A program made the translations under genes and the position numbers. A DNA stretch of 61,434 nucleotides, the filler included, from Choristocarpus tenellus KU-1152 (Eukaryota > Protista > Phaeophyceae): assembly GCA_964200185.2 (NCBI GenBank). It is 11 parts of 11 records of this genome, joined end to end, with 100 filler letters (N's around TTAATTAATTAA, not from the genome) between each part and the next. Parts side by side here need not be neighbours in the genome. Positions count along the whole stretch, not along the records: positions 1 to 7,040 come from CAXNAD020006803.1; positions 7,141 to 10,891 come from CAXNAD020018154.1; positions 10,992 to 26,915 come from CAXNAD020000905.1; 8 more parts are not named here. One strand, written 5' to 3'. Below are positions 1-12,600 of this stretch, piece after piece. Position 1 is the stretch's first letter, and every line of letters begins with the position of its first letter. Under the pieces are notes generated by a model. The model was not told the DNA's origin, did no database searches, and saw nothing but the letters and a program-made list of their open reading frames with translations.

Positions 1-185
1 TGTTTGGGAGTTGTATCACGAACCCGCCATACCAGAAACTCCTCCTTTCCCCCCCCCCCCCCCCCTCCTCCCCGGAGTGATGAGAAGAAAAAAAAAGTAC
101 TACGGCAGTTGGAAGCAAGGATATTGCAGAGTAAATGAGTAAAAGTAAATGGGAGGTGCCCAGAGTTGCATTTTAAGGATGCTGA

Positions 186-345
186 TATATATTTATTTAT
201 GATTTATTTACACATATTTACTTACATATATTTATTTACATATATTTATTTACATATATCATTTACATATATTTATTTACATATATTTATTTACTTATCT
301 TTATTTACATATATGCACAACATTCGATATATTTATATTTTATAC
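186..345. repeat. AT-rich degenerate minisatellite (ATATATTTATTTAC-like units)
   Basis: Repeated atatatttatttac units seen directly. Confidence 0.8.
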
Positions 346-461
346 TTTTGGGGTGTTTTTTTAATAGTGTCGTCGGAAAGGTTTAAAAAAATATATAAAT
401 AAAAGTTCTCGAGTCAAACTTGGTGCTTCATCCATCTAAATATATGGGTGAATTGCAATAG

Positions 462-724
462 GATTCAAAGTATCTTAGGGGGTGGAGCCATGTCCAATTG
501 GGGGCCAAAGTCCGATGTTGGAATTTTGATGTAATTTTGACCTCTGTATTGGTTAGGAAGTATCGACATCCTTGTTCTGAACACACCTTTTCATAATGTA
601 TGCATTGTACCTACTCCAAAACATTTTGGAGTAGGAAAATGTCATTTTAAAGAAAAAGCATGTTAAGCCAAGCCCCGAATGGACAAGCAGGGCAAAACTC
701 GTACCCTCTAAGATACTTTCACCC
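462..724 (-). mobile_element. Sola2-like MITE family A, copy 1 (BBS8 intron)
   Basis: TIRs gattcaaagtatcttagggggt ... taccctctaagatactttcaccc; internal palindrome cctactccaaaacattttggagtagg. An empty-site paralog of the flanks lies at ~1683-1800. Confidence 0.85.
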
Positions 725-1020
725 AGGATTGAAAAAACAGACCTAAAATGTGTGAATCATCCAAAACCAGAGGTAGCCCTCTCACTTACTTTGGCCCAAA
801 ATATTGGAGGAGTAGAGATAGTTTGATATTGCAGGGGAAATTTATCGAGTTGGCTTGATGCAACATACAGGCTCTAGCCCTACGATACATCATTTGAGCA
901 GTATCATCCCACTCCGCTCAATACGGGCATGTCGTTCATATGCCAACACATTCGCGTCACACTTAGGGAGTGCGCTTCACAGCTCAGTCGAGCCCCTAAC
1001 CCTACAGATGACTGGCACAC

Positions 1021-3359
1021 CTTGTGATAGGACGTATGCTCTGGTCAGGTCCACCGGACTTGGTCATAGGGCGTGTGAGGGATGTTCCAGGACGTGGAGC
1101 ATCTGCAGTGGCGTTATCATCCATAAGGAGCTCAGCCACACCCTGATTGTCAAATCAGCGTGACATGAGGACAATTGTTGAAGGAGAAGGTGGTAGGGTT
1201 TGGCAAAAAGGCTTTCACGCGTATAACTTGGATGGTACATCTGTTGTACTTTTTTACTTTAGAGTGAAAGTACCTTAGAGGGTACCAGTTTTACCCTGCT
1301 TGTCCATTTGGGGCTTGACTTCTCTCGGAATTTTTTATGACACTTTCCTACTCCAAAATATTTTCTGAGTAGGTAAAATGTGTATGTTATGAAAAGGTGT
1401 GCCCGGAACAAGGATATTGACGCCTCCTGACAAACACGATAGTCAAAATTACATCTAATTCGCAAAATTGGATTTTGACCCCCAAATGGACACGTCTCTA
1501 ACCTCTAAAGATACTTTGGCTCTTAACGTAGACAAGAGGTATCCAGAGTGGTATTATTATTTTAATGGTGCTGACAAATTCGTGCCAATAAATTGACTTT
1601 TTTTTTAAATAAATGTGTGCAGGATCTTGCAAAGCTTTTTGTTAATTGTGTCAAAGATGTCTAAAAAAAAACAGAAACAATTGCTCTCAAGTCAAACTTA
1701 GAACTTCATCCATAGAAATATGGGTGAATCACAAGAGATTAAAAGACAGGCCTAAAATGCAAATCGGACAAAACCTGGGTATCTCTCGTGTACTTTGGGA
1801 CATTCACCGTTTTACTACTCCTTGTCGAAGACAGGTATGGTAAAGTTCTATTGACAAACTATCCAGAGTATGTTGAGTGATGGCTATGCCTCACAGCTCG
1901 AAGGTTTTCAAAAGTATTTGGGACAACATTAGAAGACCTCACTGCACTTGAGCAAGCAGATGCCATAGTTGCTCATATCTATATTGAGGATGTTGCACCA
2001 ATCCGAATGGGAAGTTGTGAGTACCATGGACACCCGAAAGACTAATGAATTGCATTGGTGCATTCCTTGTATAATACATGTAGTGCGTTTCAAACAGCCT
2101 CTTGATTACACAGAATTTAGGCCAAAACGCCTTAAAATCAGATGGAAAAGAACTGACCTCCTCTTCCATTTCTGTATCGTCCAGGTACTGGTCGCAGGTC
2201 ACTGCTCGGCACTTGAGGTACCAAACGGCCTGTTTAAGTGAAGAACAAGGACAAGGAGTAAGGCATGCCTTGAGTTATATTGTTTGGTTGTTAAACAGAG
2301 TGTTCTGTACCAAGTACGGAATCTGTTTCCTATGGAACACGGTTGTTTATCCCGAGTTTCGACCTTCCAGTAGGTTCTATCTGTGCAGCCGTAGAGGTCA
2401 GACACCAGTAACAGTACACAAAACATTGCTTAGATGTAGTGGGTGGAGCTCTGCATGAATTCACTACACCATGTACGTGGGAAAGTGATGGTGCGCATCG
2501 TCTACAAAGTACTATTTTTCAGGGTAAAGTCAACATGTGAACTATGTGGAATCCAATGTGTTAGGAGTTTGGACTCCAGCAGTCAGTAAGTATGTAAAGC
2601 AAATACAAATGGAGATAAACAGAAATGGGAATCGTGCAGGGAGCAGCAATCGCAATGACGAAAGAACGTTTCATGGATGAGAAATTTGAAAGGATCTTTA
2701 TTAGTTGATCTGCTGTTGACAAAGTTACACGTCCAAAATATCCCCAAGTTTCCTTTCCAGAGAGGGATACAGAATTATATATACGTTTCATATTGTTTTC
2801 GAGTGTGGCATAATTGGGTATTGCTTTTGGCAACAGGATCTCACTTACCTAGTGGAAAGGAAGATTAAGGTAGGAATTAGGTGAGAATTGGTGGAAAGAT
2901 GCAGTATACTGTTCGTACGTTGCAGAATGGTCATGAGAGTGTTTACCTTCGACTTCGTTTTTATCACAAGTTTACCTGATCCCGTGGATTCTGTTTGAGT
3001 AGTGCTGTGCAGATGTCTATGCACTCCGGATACTTCCTTCTGCCCATTTTACTCATTGCATACCTGATCGAGGACGGAGAATCTCATCTTTTGGACAGGT
3101 GGAAAGGCAAGACCTACCCCTCGAATAGACCATCGGATGATGCAAGATCTATTGGAAAATCTGCTAGTTCCTCGATTGGTGATATGCCGAGAAAGCAGAA
3201 AGAGTCAATGAATTTGACGAACAAAACTTTGCCGAGATAAACAACAACGGGACTTCCTGGTTTCCACGTACTCAGGTACGTGTTGTGTAGTTCTTACCAT
3301 ACTGGATCCATGCCATCTGGAACCTCAACCCCACCGACATCAACATCCCGTGGGGGCAT
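1021..3359 (-). CDS. BBS8: Bardet-Biedl syndrome 8 / TTC8 BBSome subunit, 5' part (exons 3298-3359, 2976-3063, 2158-2229, 1021-1142; continues beyond the window start)
   Basis: GT-AG splicing with consistent phases gives MPPRDVDVGGVEVPDGMDPVW-YAMSKMGRRKYPECIDICTALLKQNPRDQ-AVWYLKCRAVTCDQYLDDTEMEEE-GVAELLMDDNATADAPRPGTSLTRPMTKSGGPDQSIRPIT. This matches the TTC8 N-terminus (MDP..AMS..RRRK...C..LL..P.DQA.W.LK.RA.T...EG.A....D.NA....PRPGTS). Confidence 0.93.
1262..1522 (+). mobile_element. Sola2-like MITE family A, copy 2 (BBS8 intron)
   Basis: gagtgaaagtaccttagagggta ... cctctaaagatactttggctc; flanks ttta / ttaa. Confidence 0.88.
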
Positions 3360-3598
3360 GGCACTGGGATTATAGTGTATATGATCTGGAGAAGTGATGA
3401 GTAGTGAAAAGCAAGAGGGTGAGAGTCCAACTTGTACTACACTGTTGTGCCTTCTACACGGATTTGTTTTATTTTTAGAGGTCGTGAAATGTCGAAGTAC
3501 CTGTATGACGGTTACATGTCAAGGTTGATTCTGGATTAAGACCAACACGACACATTCGAACTAGATGTCCCTTGCCACTGGCGACCATTCAAGAATAG
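3360..3598. promoter_or_regulatory. Putative bidirectional promoter between BBS8 and the divergent gene
   Basis: Head-to-head start codons about 240 bp apart inside a CpG-rich stretch; inferred from geometry only. Confidence 0.5.
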
Positions 3599-6334
3599 AT
3601 GAATCTTGCTGGTCCAACTCCAGGTAGCCAGACGAAGCAGGGTGCCAGCCTCGAAATAGCGGTCGACCCCAACGTACAGGCGCGACGCGGTCACTCGGCC
3701 CCAAATAGACCAAAGAAGTTGGATCCTGAACAACGTAGGACTGAACGCCCAAGCCCTCATTCTTCCCCACACGGAGCTTTGCAACAGCGTGGGAAGAAAT
3801 CTAAGATCACCTTTCCCCATGTATCCTCCCGCTTGAAGAAGTCAAACCTCTACAACCACCCCCTCACAAGAGACACGGATATTAAGGCTACGATCTCAGC
3901 GTTGTCCCTAATCAATGACTACGGTTACGGGTTGGCTACGGGGAGTCCACCATTGCTGAGCAAAGCCTCAACAGCTGGTTTCTTCTCCTCCTCTAGAAAC
4001 ACTGTAGAAAATGGAAGAGCTTTTCCATTATCACCGGCTTCGCTTGCTACGTACAGCAAACGAGAGCCGTGGGTGGACCCGCTGGGGTCAAGGATATCAG
4101 GAAAAGCTGGCGACAGCATCGACACCGCAAAGGTGCATGTGGCTGGTATCAAAGCAAATGTAGTTCACGTTTGATTGACCTGGCATACAGTATCTGGCAT
4201 TTTGAACTAAAGCAAAAAAACCTGTCTAGTTGGGGTCAAAGCGAAGCATCGTACAATGTGAGCGTTTTGATCATATCGCCCATAGGACTGGTGCTAATGA
4301 TGGTTTCACTTGGTATTATGTGAGGGAGAGGGCTATTGTAGATACTGCCGCTCTTTGAAGTAGCTGCAATGAATGGTCTGATCGTTTAACGACGACACCA
4401 ATTAACCATCATGTGATACCAAAGGAAGGAATCTACACACACACACACACACAACGAGGAGATTGGCAAGTCAGCACTTTAGATAGTGCACTTGAGGCAC
4501 AGGCAAGAAGTACGAGATGTTGATCACATGCATGCTGGGTGGTGGATAGTTTTACTGGAGTAGGACATCATCTCTCACAAGTCGTGTCAATAGGACTAAA
4601 CCTTAAACTCGCTGTCCACACAGGATAGCGGCGCAAAAACAAATCTCTCACAACATGGGAGCCTTGAACGCCAGGAGTTTCAGAATATTAAGAAACGGAG
4701 GCAGGCGGTAGCAAAGGGGCGTCACCTCATGGCACAGCTGGTGAGAGATCCAAAAACTATTTCTGACATTCATATTGATTCTTAACAACACAGAAGTGCC
4801 AGACCTCTACCATGACATCCTACTCAAAAAAATAATTCTATCTCACGCTATTCCACAGCAACAGATACACCATTCCAGTGACTGCTTTGACAAAGTAAAT
4901 CGCTATGGCCAGAGGGAGAGGTAGTGCTACCCCAATTTTGCCTGTAATCTAATCCCTTACCTATACTTTGAATTAAATACAGTCATGATCATCCTGAACG
5001 ATAGATGAGGGGTTTGGGAGTATTGAAAACACTGCTATCAAGATTCATAATGTCCCCAATGATTCTAATGTCTCATTGATTGTATGGTAATTTACACGAG
5101 AAAATTGGGGAGATAAACGAATGTTGGATTTACCGCAAGCAAACTGTGATAACCAGAGTTCTACGGGAAATTTTCTAGTAGTGCAAAAATATCTTTGACG
5201 GATTCAAGTACATCATCATGTGATGCAAAAAGCACAAAAAATGCCCAACAACTGACCCAACCGATCCGCAAGAAGTCCATAGGGGTTTCTGGTGAATATT
5301 ATCATAATATTTACTACAAAAAGGTTTGCTCAATAATACCGTAAGTACTTCTGCTTCCAAGCTATATAGTACAGGTACCAAGAATGACTGTTTCTCTCCT
5401 TGTCCAAACAAGTTTTTCATATTTCCAAAGTGTAAACAACGAAACACAACCTGCACTTGAAGCAATACCCCCCCTGCCACTGCTCCACACACACAAAACA
5501 GGATCGATGCTTGCAGCGGAAGGATTTGGAGTTGGCAGCAAGTCTCCTGAGTTCTGCCCGGAAAGAGTTTATTGCGGCAGAGGAGGATGAGAAAGTAAGG
5601 GAGGTCGATGCATCCCTTGTGAAGATTAAGGCTGACATGGTGCTAGAGGCGTTGGCAGACGCACGAAAAGTGAGTACGAGAGAGGGTCATTCAAAATCGA
5701 TTTGTTAGTGACCTGTTTCACTGGTGTTATCTGACACACACACAAACACATGCACACAAAATCAAATACGCACACTCTTTTACAAACCCCTTGTTGCTGT
5801 ATAGTGTAGTTTTTTTTTTTAACTCAGCTTTATCGAAACACACACACAGCGCATGAATTGAGTCGTGCAAAGAGCTGAGCGCCGTGGGGCTCTGCAAGCA
5901 AAGTGTGCAATGTGCATATGCACGAGAAAATAACCGGAAAAGAATTGATATCTCCCCCCATTACATTTTATGCTGATCATCTCCAGTTCTATTAAATCGT
6001 GCATCTCATTCACACAATTTGAGATTGGTATAGATAAGCTTAGAGCATTGATCAAGTTGTCCATGTGTCTTTGCTTGAAATATTTTTGTCCAAAAGAGCT
6101 TTGTGTATATCATTTCAACAAACCAACTGTTGCATCAAGTAAGTAAAACATTAAGCCCTGAAAATGATCTTTTGGACAGGACACTTCTTACCAATATATT
6201 CCAAACGACTACTGTCACTGACCGCAGGCCAGGGACTATGATAGGGTCCTGACCCTTTCATACGAGGCTCGGCAAGACTTCATTATCCTCGCAGGCATGA
6301 CTTTGAACAACAGGCACAACACAGACACCGACAG
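3599..6334 (+). CDS. Hypothetical protein, 5' part (exons 3599-4132, 4624-4740, 5502-5669, 6228-6334); low-complexity N-terminus followed by helical/coiled-coil segments
   Basis: Four exons with canonical AG/GT ends join in frame (phases 0,0,0) without stops, e.g. DRCLQRKDLELAASLLSSARKEFIAAEEDEKVREVDASLVKIKADMVLEALADARK. Divergent from BBS8, 239 bp between start codons. Confidence 0.7.
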
Positions 6335-6827
6335 GTGGGCAGCAGCACCACCCCAGATCACGCACCCCATTTATTTTCGGAATTGAGAGGCTCTATAGCT
6401 AAATTACCGGGAAGAGCTGGATTACTCTACTTGCAGTCACTGCTCTGTCTCAACTCCGTATACTATCTACTTTGCGATGAAACACCCTTACTCTACCCTG
6501 TCTCTGCCTCTCAACCAAGGAAACATACAGCAATCCGCCACAGTTGATTTGAGCTGTGCCATCCTGTTGGAGACAAGACAAGTAGGCATTTCGGTCACGC
6601 ATCCCAAGTTATTGTAACCATCTCATTCCTCTCCAAGAAGAGCATGTACAAGTTGTGGCTAACCAGGAGGATTGAAACGTTAACGTCCTTACCCAGGCCT
6701 ACTCCTGCTACCCCCTGCCCAAGCACTGACTCCCCACGTTGTTCATAAGTGTCATACTTTGCATCCAAATACGCGGCCTTATCATTAGCGAGTGGCCCAG
6801 TGTAGAGACAATAATGGGCAACGCACA

Positions 6828-6986
6828 GGCTCAAAGTATCTGGGGGGGGAGGGGGGTGTCTACACCAGGGTGTCCATTTGAGACATGACTAGGAAAAGTG
6901 CACTTACATTATCCATCCAACGTACTACGCAACCAAATCACCCAAAAATCGCGACATGAAAAAACAGGGCCCCAAATGGACATCCG

Positions 6987-7040
<54 letters not shown>
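6828..7040 (+). mobile_element. G-rich MITE family B related to family A (other copies 21896-21950, 25395-25439, 25485-25530, 45473-45620, 54465-54527)
   Basis: Begins ggctcaaagtatctggggg and shares the gtccatttg / cccaaatggac subterminal motif with family A. The internal ~140 bp closely matches 45490-45620. Confidence 0.7.
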
Positions 7041-7140
7041 NNNNNNNNNNNNNNNNNNNNNNNNNNNNNNNNNNNNNNNNNNNNTTAATTAATTAANNNN
7101 NNNNNNNNNNNNNNNNNNNNNNNNNNNNNNNNNNNNNNNN
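7041..7140. other. Artificial contig spacer (44N-TTAATTAATTAA-44N); identical spacers at 10892-10991, 26916-27015, 34448-34547, 41769-41868, 45373-45472, 48167-48266, 51758-51857, 54365-54464, 58729-58828
   Basis: Identical 100-bp construct with stop codons in all six frames, present ten times. Confidence 0.99.
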
Positions 7141-9698
7141 GGGGGTTGGGGAGAGGAGGGGACGCGGGGGAAAAGGGGGGTGGCGGGGGGGAGTAAGGGA
7201 AGGTGAGGGGGGAAGCAGCATATCCAAAACTGTCAACGCACTTGCTGCTGGTGTCTGGGGGGAAGAGCTCTTCTTTTTTTTTCCTCCCCCACTCTTGCCC
7301 TGCTTCTTTCCCGGGTTAGATGACTTGACTCCAGGAACAAACCCATCCGGCGCAGCAGGGGGGTAGAGCAGAAGATCCCTATGTACACCAAAGGATGGTG
7401 GGCAAGGTGAGGCATAAACAGCAACACTACTCCATTTCGGGATCAATAAACACTGATCTTTATGCTGCAGAACGTGTTAAAATTGCAGGGCGAACGCCTT
7501 ACAGGTGTTAATGGTTTTCGTAACCATCACACGATTCAGAAAAACAATCGTCCGATAGGGACTTGACCTTGGACAAGTTTACCACAAGGGCAAATACTTG
7601 TTCTTTACTTGACTGCTGGACTTATGACACCTGACTCCAAGAGGCAATGGGTTTGGTTTCGAGGGATTCTCACAGGTATTTGACCAACTCTCCACTCCAC
7701 GGTCCCAAAAGGTAGCACCAGGTTGTGCAAATAGTGTACAACTGTATTGCAATTATCAGACTTTAGGTGCAAAAAAGAGACATTAGTCATTGCAGTCTAA
7801 CAACAAGCAGAAAGATGCATGGAACAGAGCTTGTGCCATTGCTGTTCCACTACTACCTATGACTACCACAATTTAACAGCATCCAGTCACTGAAATCAGT
7901 GCCACTACTAGAAGCCAATCAACCAATACATTAGAGATGGTATCATCATGTAGTGCTAGAGTAGTCGCATACCTACAATGCACATTCAAGAACCTCTGCT
8001 CACATATCTAACAAACTCATGTATCTACCTAGAAGAAACACTCATCACTGTTCAACGCCCTTCACAAGCATTAAACGTTCCACATGTGGTCAAGAACTGG
8101 GGTGATTGTAACCATTTCCTACCCTGCTGATAATACCTACGGAGAGAGTGGAAAGAGTTTGGTGCAGGAGTGCATTGTCAAAGACAGGAACAGCAAAATA
8201 CACTGTCCTTGAGGTCAGTAGGGCCTAATGCTCAACCGAGAGAGACAATTTGAAAGGTCACCCTGACAAAGCTACCACAACTAATCATCACTTCAAGTCA
8301 ACACTACACTATCAATAATAAACAATAACAGACTTCGTTAGAACCTTCCCAGATATTTTGTGAATCGGATGAACTAAGGTCGGTCTTTGACCTACCAACA
8401 TTCACTCCCTTGCAAAGAGAATAAAACATTAAGAATAAGGGCTGTAATGCATTAGGTCTGCTCCATACCACTAGAGGTTCAGTGAAGGTGCACATAGTGC
8501 TCTTCTGGTTCCTGTGGTCACCTGAACTTTCTCACATGTAGCCTAGCAGTGTTGACTGTGTAGTCCTGAAGTTCCATTCGTACCTTGGGTTGCAAACGAA
8601 ATTATAAATGGAGCGGAAGAAAAAATAAGCAAGCACAGAAAGAGTCGATCAGGTCAATGGAGGAGCGATCGAGTTGGACATTAAGATTCTCTATTAAGAA
8701 AACCTAGGACCTCATAATTGCGACGACAGAGGGTAAACTTAAATTGCGAAGAAAGCATATCCCTCGCAATAGATGTGGAATACAACCAATCTCCAACCCT
8801 AGAGTCGTTCGACGTAGGGAAGGGTGTCGTACACACCTGGATGAGGACCGAAGAGGGTTACAAGGACAATGCAAGGGTACAACAAAAAAACTGAGCACCT
8901 CTTCAGCAAATACAGCTAAGGAGCTCGGGAGCAACCCCATTACGAAATGATGTGACTGAGTGAGAGTCTTTCTCCATAGTGCACATGTAAATCTCGAAGG
9001 CAAATGAAACCCACACCCACCTTCACATTGTCAGGTCTTGCCTGTATGTCCTCGAACATACCCAACTCCATGAAATCATTCATAACGATTCCCTTCCCCT
9101 CACCAGCTTTAACAGTCTTACTCGTTTCATCGCCATCAATCTGGAGAACCAGCTGGTATGCTGAATACATACACGTCTGCGGGATGTCCCCAAGCATCTG
9201 TCGAACCTGAACCACTAGTTCACTTGAAGCCAGGGGTTCCAGCACCACTGTAGGGGCACCCGATTCTGGAGGAGGGTATACCGTAATAGAGACTACCACG
9301 TCTAAAGCCTCCGTAGTAGCCTCCTCGACAGCTTCCCGTCCTTCAGTGTCAGCAGCCTCTTCATTGCCATTGTTGTCAACCACGGCAAGATTAGACTGAA
9401 GACGATGCAAGAGAAGAGGAAAGTTTAGTAGAGACCGGAGTGTGGTAGTGGATAAAATGGGAAGGGAGAACGAGATCTATGCCGAGCCAGAAGGATTCAG
9501 CAGTTCCAAGAGAGAAGATCCTCTCTTGGCGGGTTGGCGACATGGTCGTATCCATTCGTCATAGCATCACTACGTCTTGCACTTTCCATCATGCAGAAAC
9601 GGATTCACCTCCACAACCTTCGAAGTAACCTCGGGGACGATCCCCTTATCCTCATCATCTGACAGGGGTTCAGATGCGACAGTCTCCTTGGCCCCCAT
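7141..9698 (-). CDS. CLUH: Clustered mitochondria protein homolog (CLU/TIF31), 5' part (exons 9609-9698, 9021-9395, 8522-8583, 7141-7378 truncated by contig end)
   Basis: Spliced product contains the CLU N-terminal pattern: LEPLASSELVVQVRQMLGDIPQTCMYSAYQL...MNDFMELG...VRMELQDYTVNTARLHVRKFRDLL. Splice phases are consistent. Confidence 0.88.
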
Positions 9699-12600
9699 CT
9701 TCACTCGGCGATGGAGCTATTTCGAAACACTTGCTCGATGAAGCAACTGGTCCTTGCTGACTTCTTATAAGCCTCTACCACCCTACCCCCTTGTCCAAGC
9801 GCACCGACCCAATGCAATCTGCAAACAACTCAACGTCGATGGAGCACAGCCCCCTCAACTCTCTCTTCCCCTCAACGAAGTAATCAATACGCAATTGGGT
9901 GACCACCACTCAAAGACTCTATTGTCGATGACAACAACTCAAACAACAACCCGCCATTTGCGCGCCACATGGATTGGTAAATTTAATCTTCCTCTCGCGT
10001 ATCGCACGAGAGGTTGGAGATATATAACACAAAAAATAATGTTATAAAAATATGATAGTAGTACTACTAGTACTAAAAAAGTACATGTAATATATTTTTG
10101 ATAGTATTGATGTCAGGTTTCTCCACGTTTTGTTGTCTCATCAAATTATTGTACAAATGATACCCTGTTTTGACATCAGACCCCTGGACATCGTCAGAAA
10201 TATATGTATTCCTTCCACAGTAGAATGGGTGATTGATCAAAGAGCCACACATCTGCAGCTGTGTGTTGAATGGTTGATCTACAATTACTGCTAAGAAGTA
10301 CATGGAAGAGATTATGACTGGCTCTGTCTTTTGACCTTTCCTACATACAATAAACTGTGTTCATATGCAAGAAGCAAATACCTAGGTGCGACATTCATGT
10401 TCTTCACCAAAGCCCCTCGGCAGTGCACAGTCGAACACCCCTGTCTTCGGGAGCTGCAACACTAAATTTGTATCCACCTTTGTTGTACGTTTTATCGAAA
10501 GTCTACCCCTAACCCTAACCTTAATCCCAACTTGTATATGGAAAATGTCCCTACCCAGTAAAGGGAACCCTCTGATAGAAGCAGTGCAGCAGTCCATTGT
10601 GCACTGAAGAACCACCACCTCTCAAGGAGTCATCACTCTTCATTTATTCACGCACATTTTCGAACACCTAACCCTAACCCTAACTCTAACCCCAACCCAG
10701 ACGGTCAGGCATTTTAAACGAAAGCTACCCAGGTTTTGATGTGAAAAGCTCTTCATTAGCCCTAGCGCGCCACCGGAGCCAGTGTAGACAAGGAGCAAAC
10801 GCCTGGGCCTCGACACAACCACTGGAACCAGCATGCCAGATCCCCCCTCAGGAATTTAAGCTCACAATCAGCAGATCCTTAGGGAGAGAGGNNNNNNNNN
10901 NNNNNNNNNNNNNNNNNNNNNNNNNNNNNNNNNNNTTAATTAATTAANNNNNNNNNNNNNNNNNNNNNNNNNNNNNNNNNNNNNNNNNNNNGCAAACCCA
11001 AAGATGGGGAAGAGATACCAGGCCCCACCCCACCTCACACCCCACTACATAATTTCCCGTTGGTCTTGTTGCCTTGTTGGAGGGTTCCTAAATTGAATTA
11101 TAGTACTATAAATTCTGTTTGTGATGTGAGCAGTAAAAATGTGAATCCCTGCAAGCATATGGACCACCCCAGATAGCTTTGGGCACAGCAGAGTTAGTTC
11201 AGGGTGTCAGATTGGTATGTGTTGCACTAATAGCCAGTACACGGATGTTCCTGTTATGTTAGTGTGCTCACAATGATACACCAAGCACCCCCCCTCAGAA
11301 ACCTTTGTCCCCCTATGTACTATGTGGCAGGCATCTCTGAAGCTCTACTTCCGGACGGTGCTGGCCCTTCAGCATGGGGTCACAAGGGGGTCCATTCCCG
11401 TCAAGCCCAATTCTACTTCAGGCAGGGCTGGGGGGTCTAGAAAATCCCAAGGGGGGATTGATAATACTCAACAAAACTTGTCACGGTGAGATCTTGGACC
11501 CTTGCTGCACAAATATTTCCCTATTTTGTTTGTTCCCTGATCACCTGCCCCCCCCCCCTCACCCCCCTACAGATGCCACACGTTTAGTAAGAGCGATCCA
11601 GTAGAGGGCCGTGTTGGTATGGTGTAAAAAAACATTGATGCCAAAACAAAAGCTCCTTTGTATGTCTTTTCTGTTGGAATGGAGCAGAACAATTCTTATG
11701 TAAGTGTGAGCTTGGGAGTTGGGTAGAGTATGTCAGGGCACTTCCGATGCATTTTTGTTGATAACAAGAAGGTGATTATAGAAAAAGACATAAGACCTCC
11801 CATTTTGAATTTTGCCAAATACTGTACTAGATTTCAAGCAGATTGGGCAATCAGCATGGTCAGCTCTTTTTGTAAGAAGAGGTGGTGGTGGTGGTGGTGG
11901 TGGGCTATACTGTACGTCATCTAAGCAAATCAACACTACTACGTGTTGTGTGGATCTGCAGGAAAATGATCAAGAGAGAGATGCTTGTCTGCGATTTTCT
12001 TGTCAGTAACTGAAAGGGTAGAATAGTACTACGTCTAATAGCATACCTGGAACAAGGTGCTTTATTCCAGTATGGTGCAAGCATGAAGCAGATTATCGTG
12101 CCGATCACTTCTCAACTCAACTCCATTGTCTTCCTATCCACAGTTCCATGCCCTCCCCACCTAATCCAAGTGCTTTACGTATCTGTCATTGCCAGTGTCA
12201 GTGTGTCCAGCTTGTGGTTTCATCTCTTTTGTATTTTCTCATGTGACTGTGATGTGCCTGTTCCTTTTACATACATTTTTGTTCTCTTTCAGGTGCAGTG
12301 CACAGCAATTGGCAGACCACATCCTCCACCTTCTTGAAACAACGCCTCGCGGCTAGTTTCCTGCACTGGACGTATAGAACAAATGCCCCATAGAGGCTGT
12401 TTTCTACTGCACATGAGTAGTATATTATTGTGCTATTGTACTCTGCCCTCGTGCGCCATAGACAGAACCTAGCCTCAGATTATAGTTACAGAATGCCGCT
12501 GGGGGGGACAGAACCAATTTCCTGGTAGACAGGTAGATTCTTGATGGAGAAGTCTTTCTTTGTGCTGCACTTAACATGGATTTGGGATATTGCTGGTAGG

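Noticed and set aside
1259-1465. Family of similar small ORFs ending PKWT.R.K.VP.K (also 41905-42237, 52859-53290)
   Set aside because: These are chance translations of the non-coding MITE; frames are not conserved between copies.
3536-4152. Minus-strand ORFs overlapping the 191-aa plus-strand ORF
   Set aside because: Interrupted by stops; they are antisense shadows of the spliced plus-strand gene.
12293-12356. Possible terminal exon (CSAQQLADHILHLLETTPRG*)
   Set aside because: Good acceptor site but no identifiable upstream exon or homology, so it is not listed as a feature.
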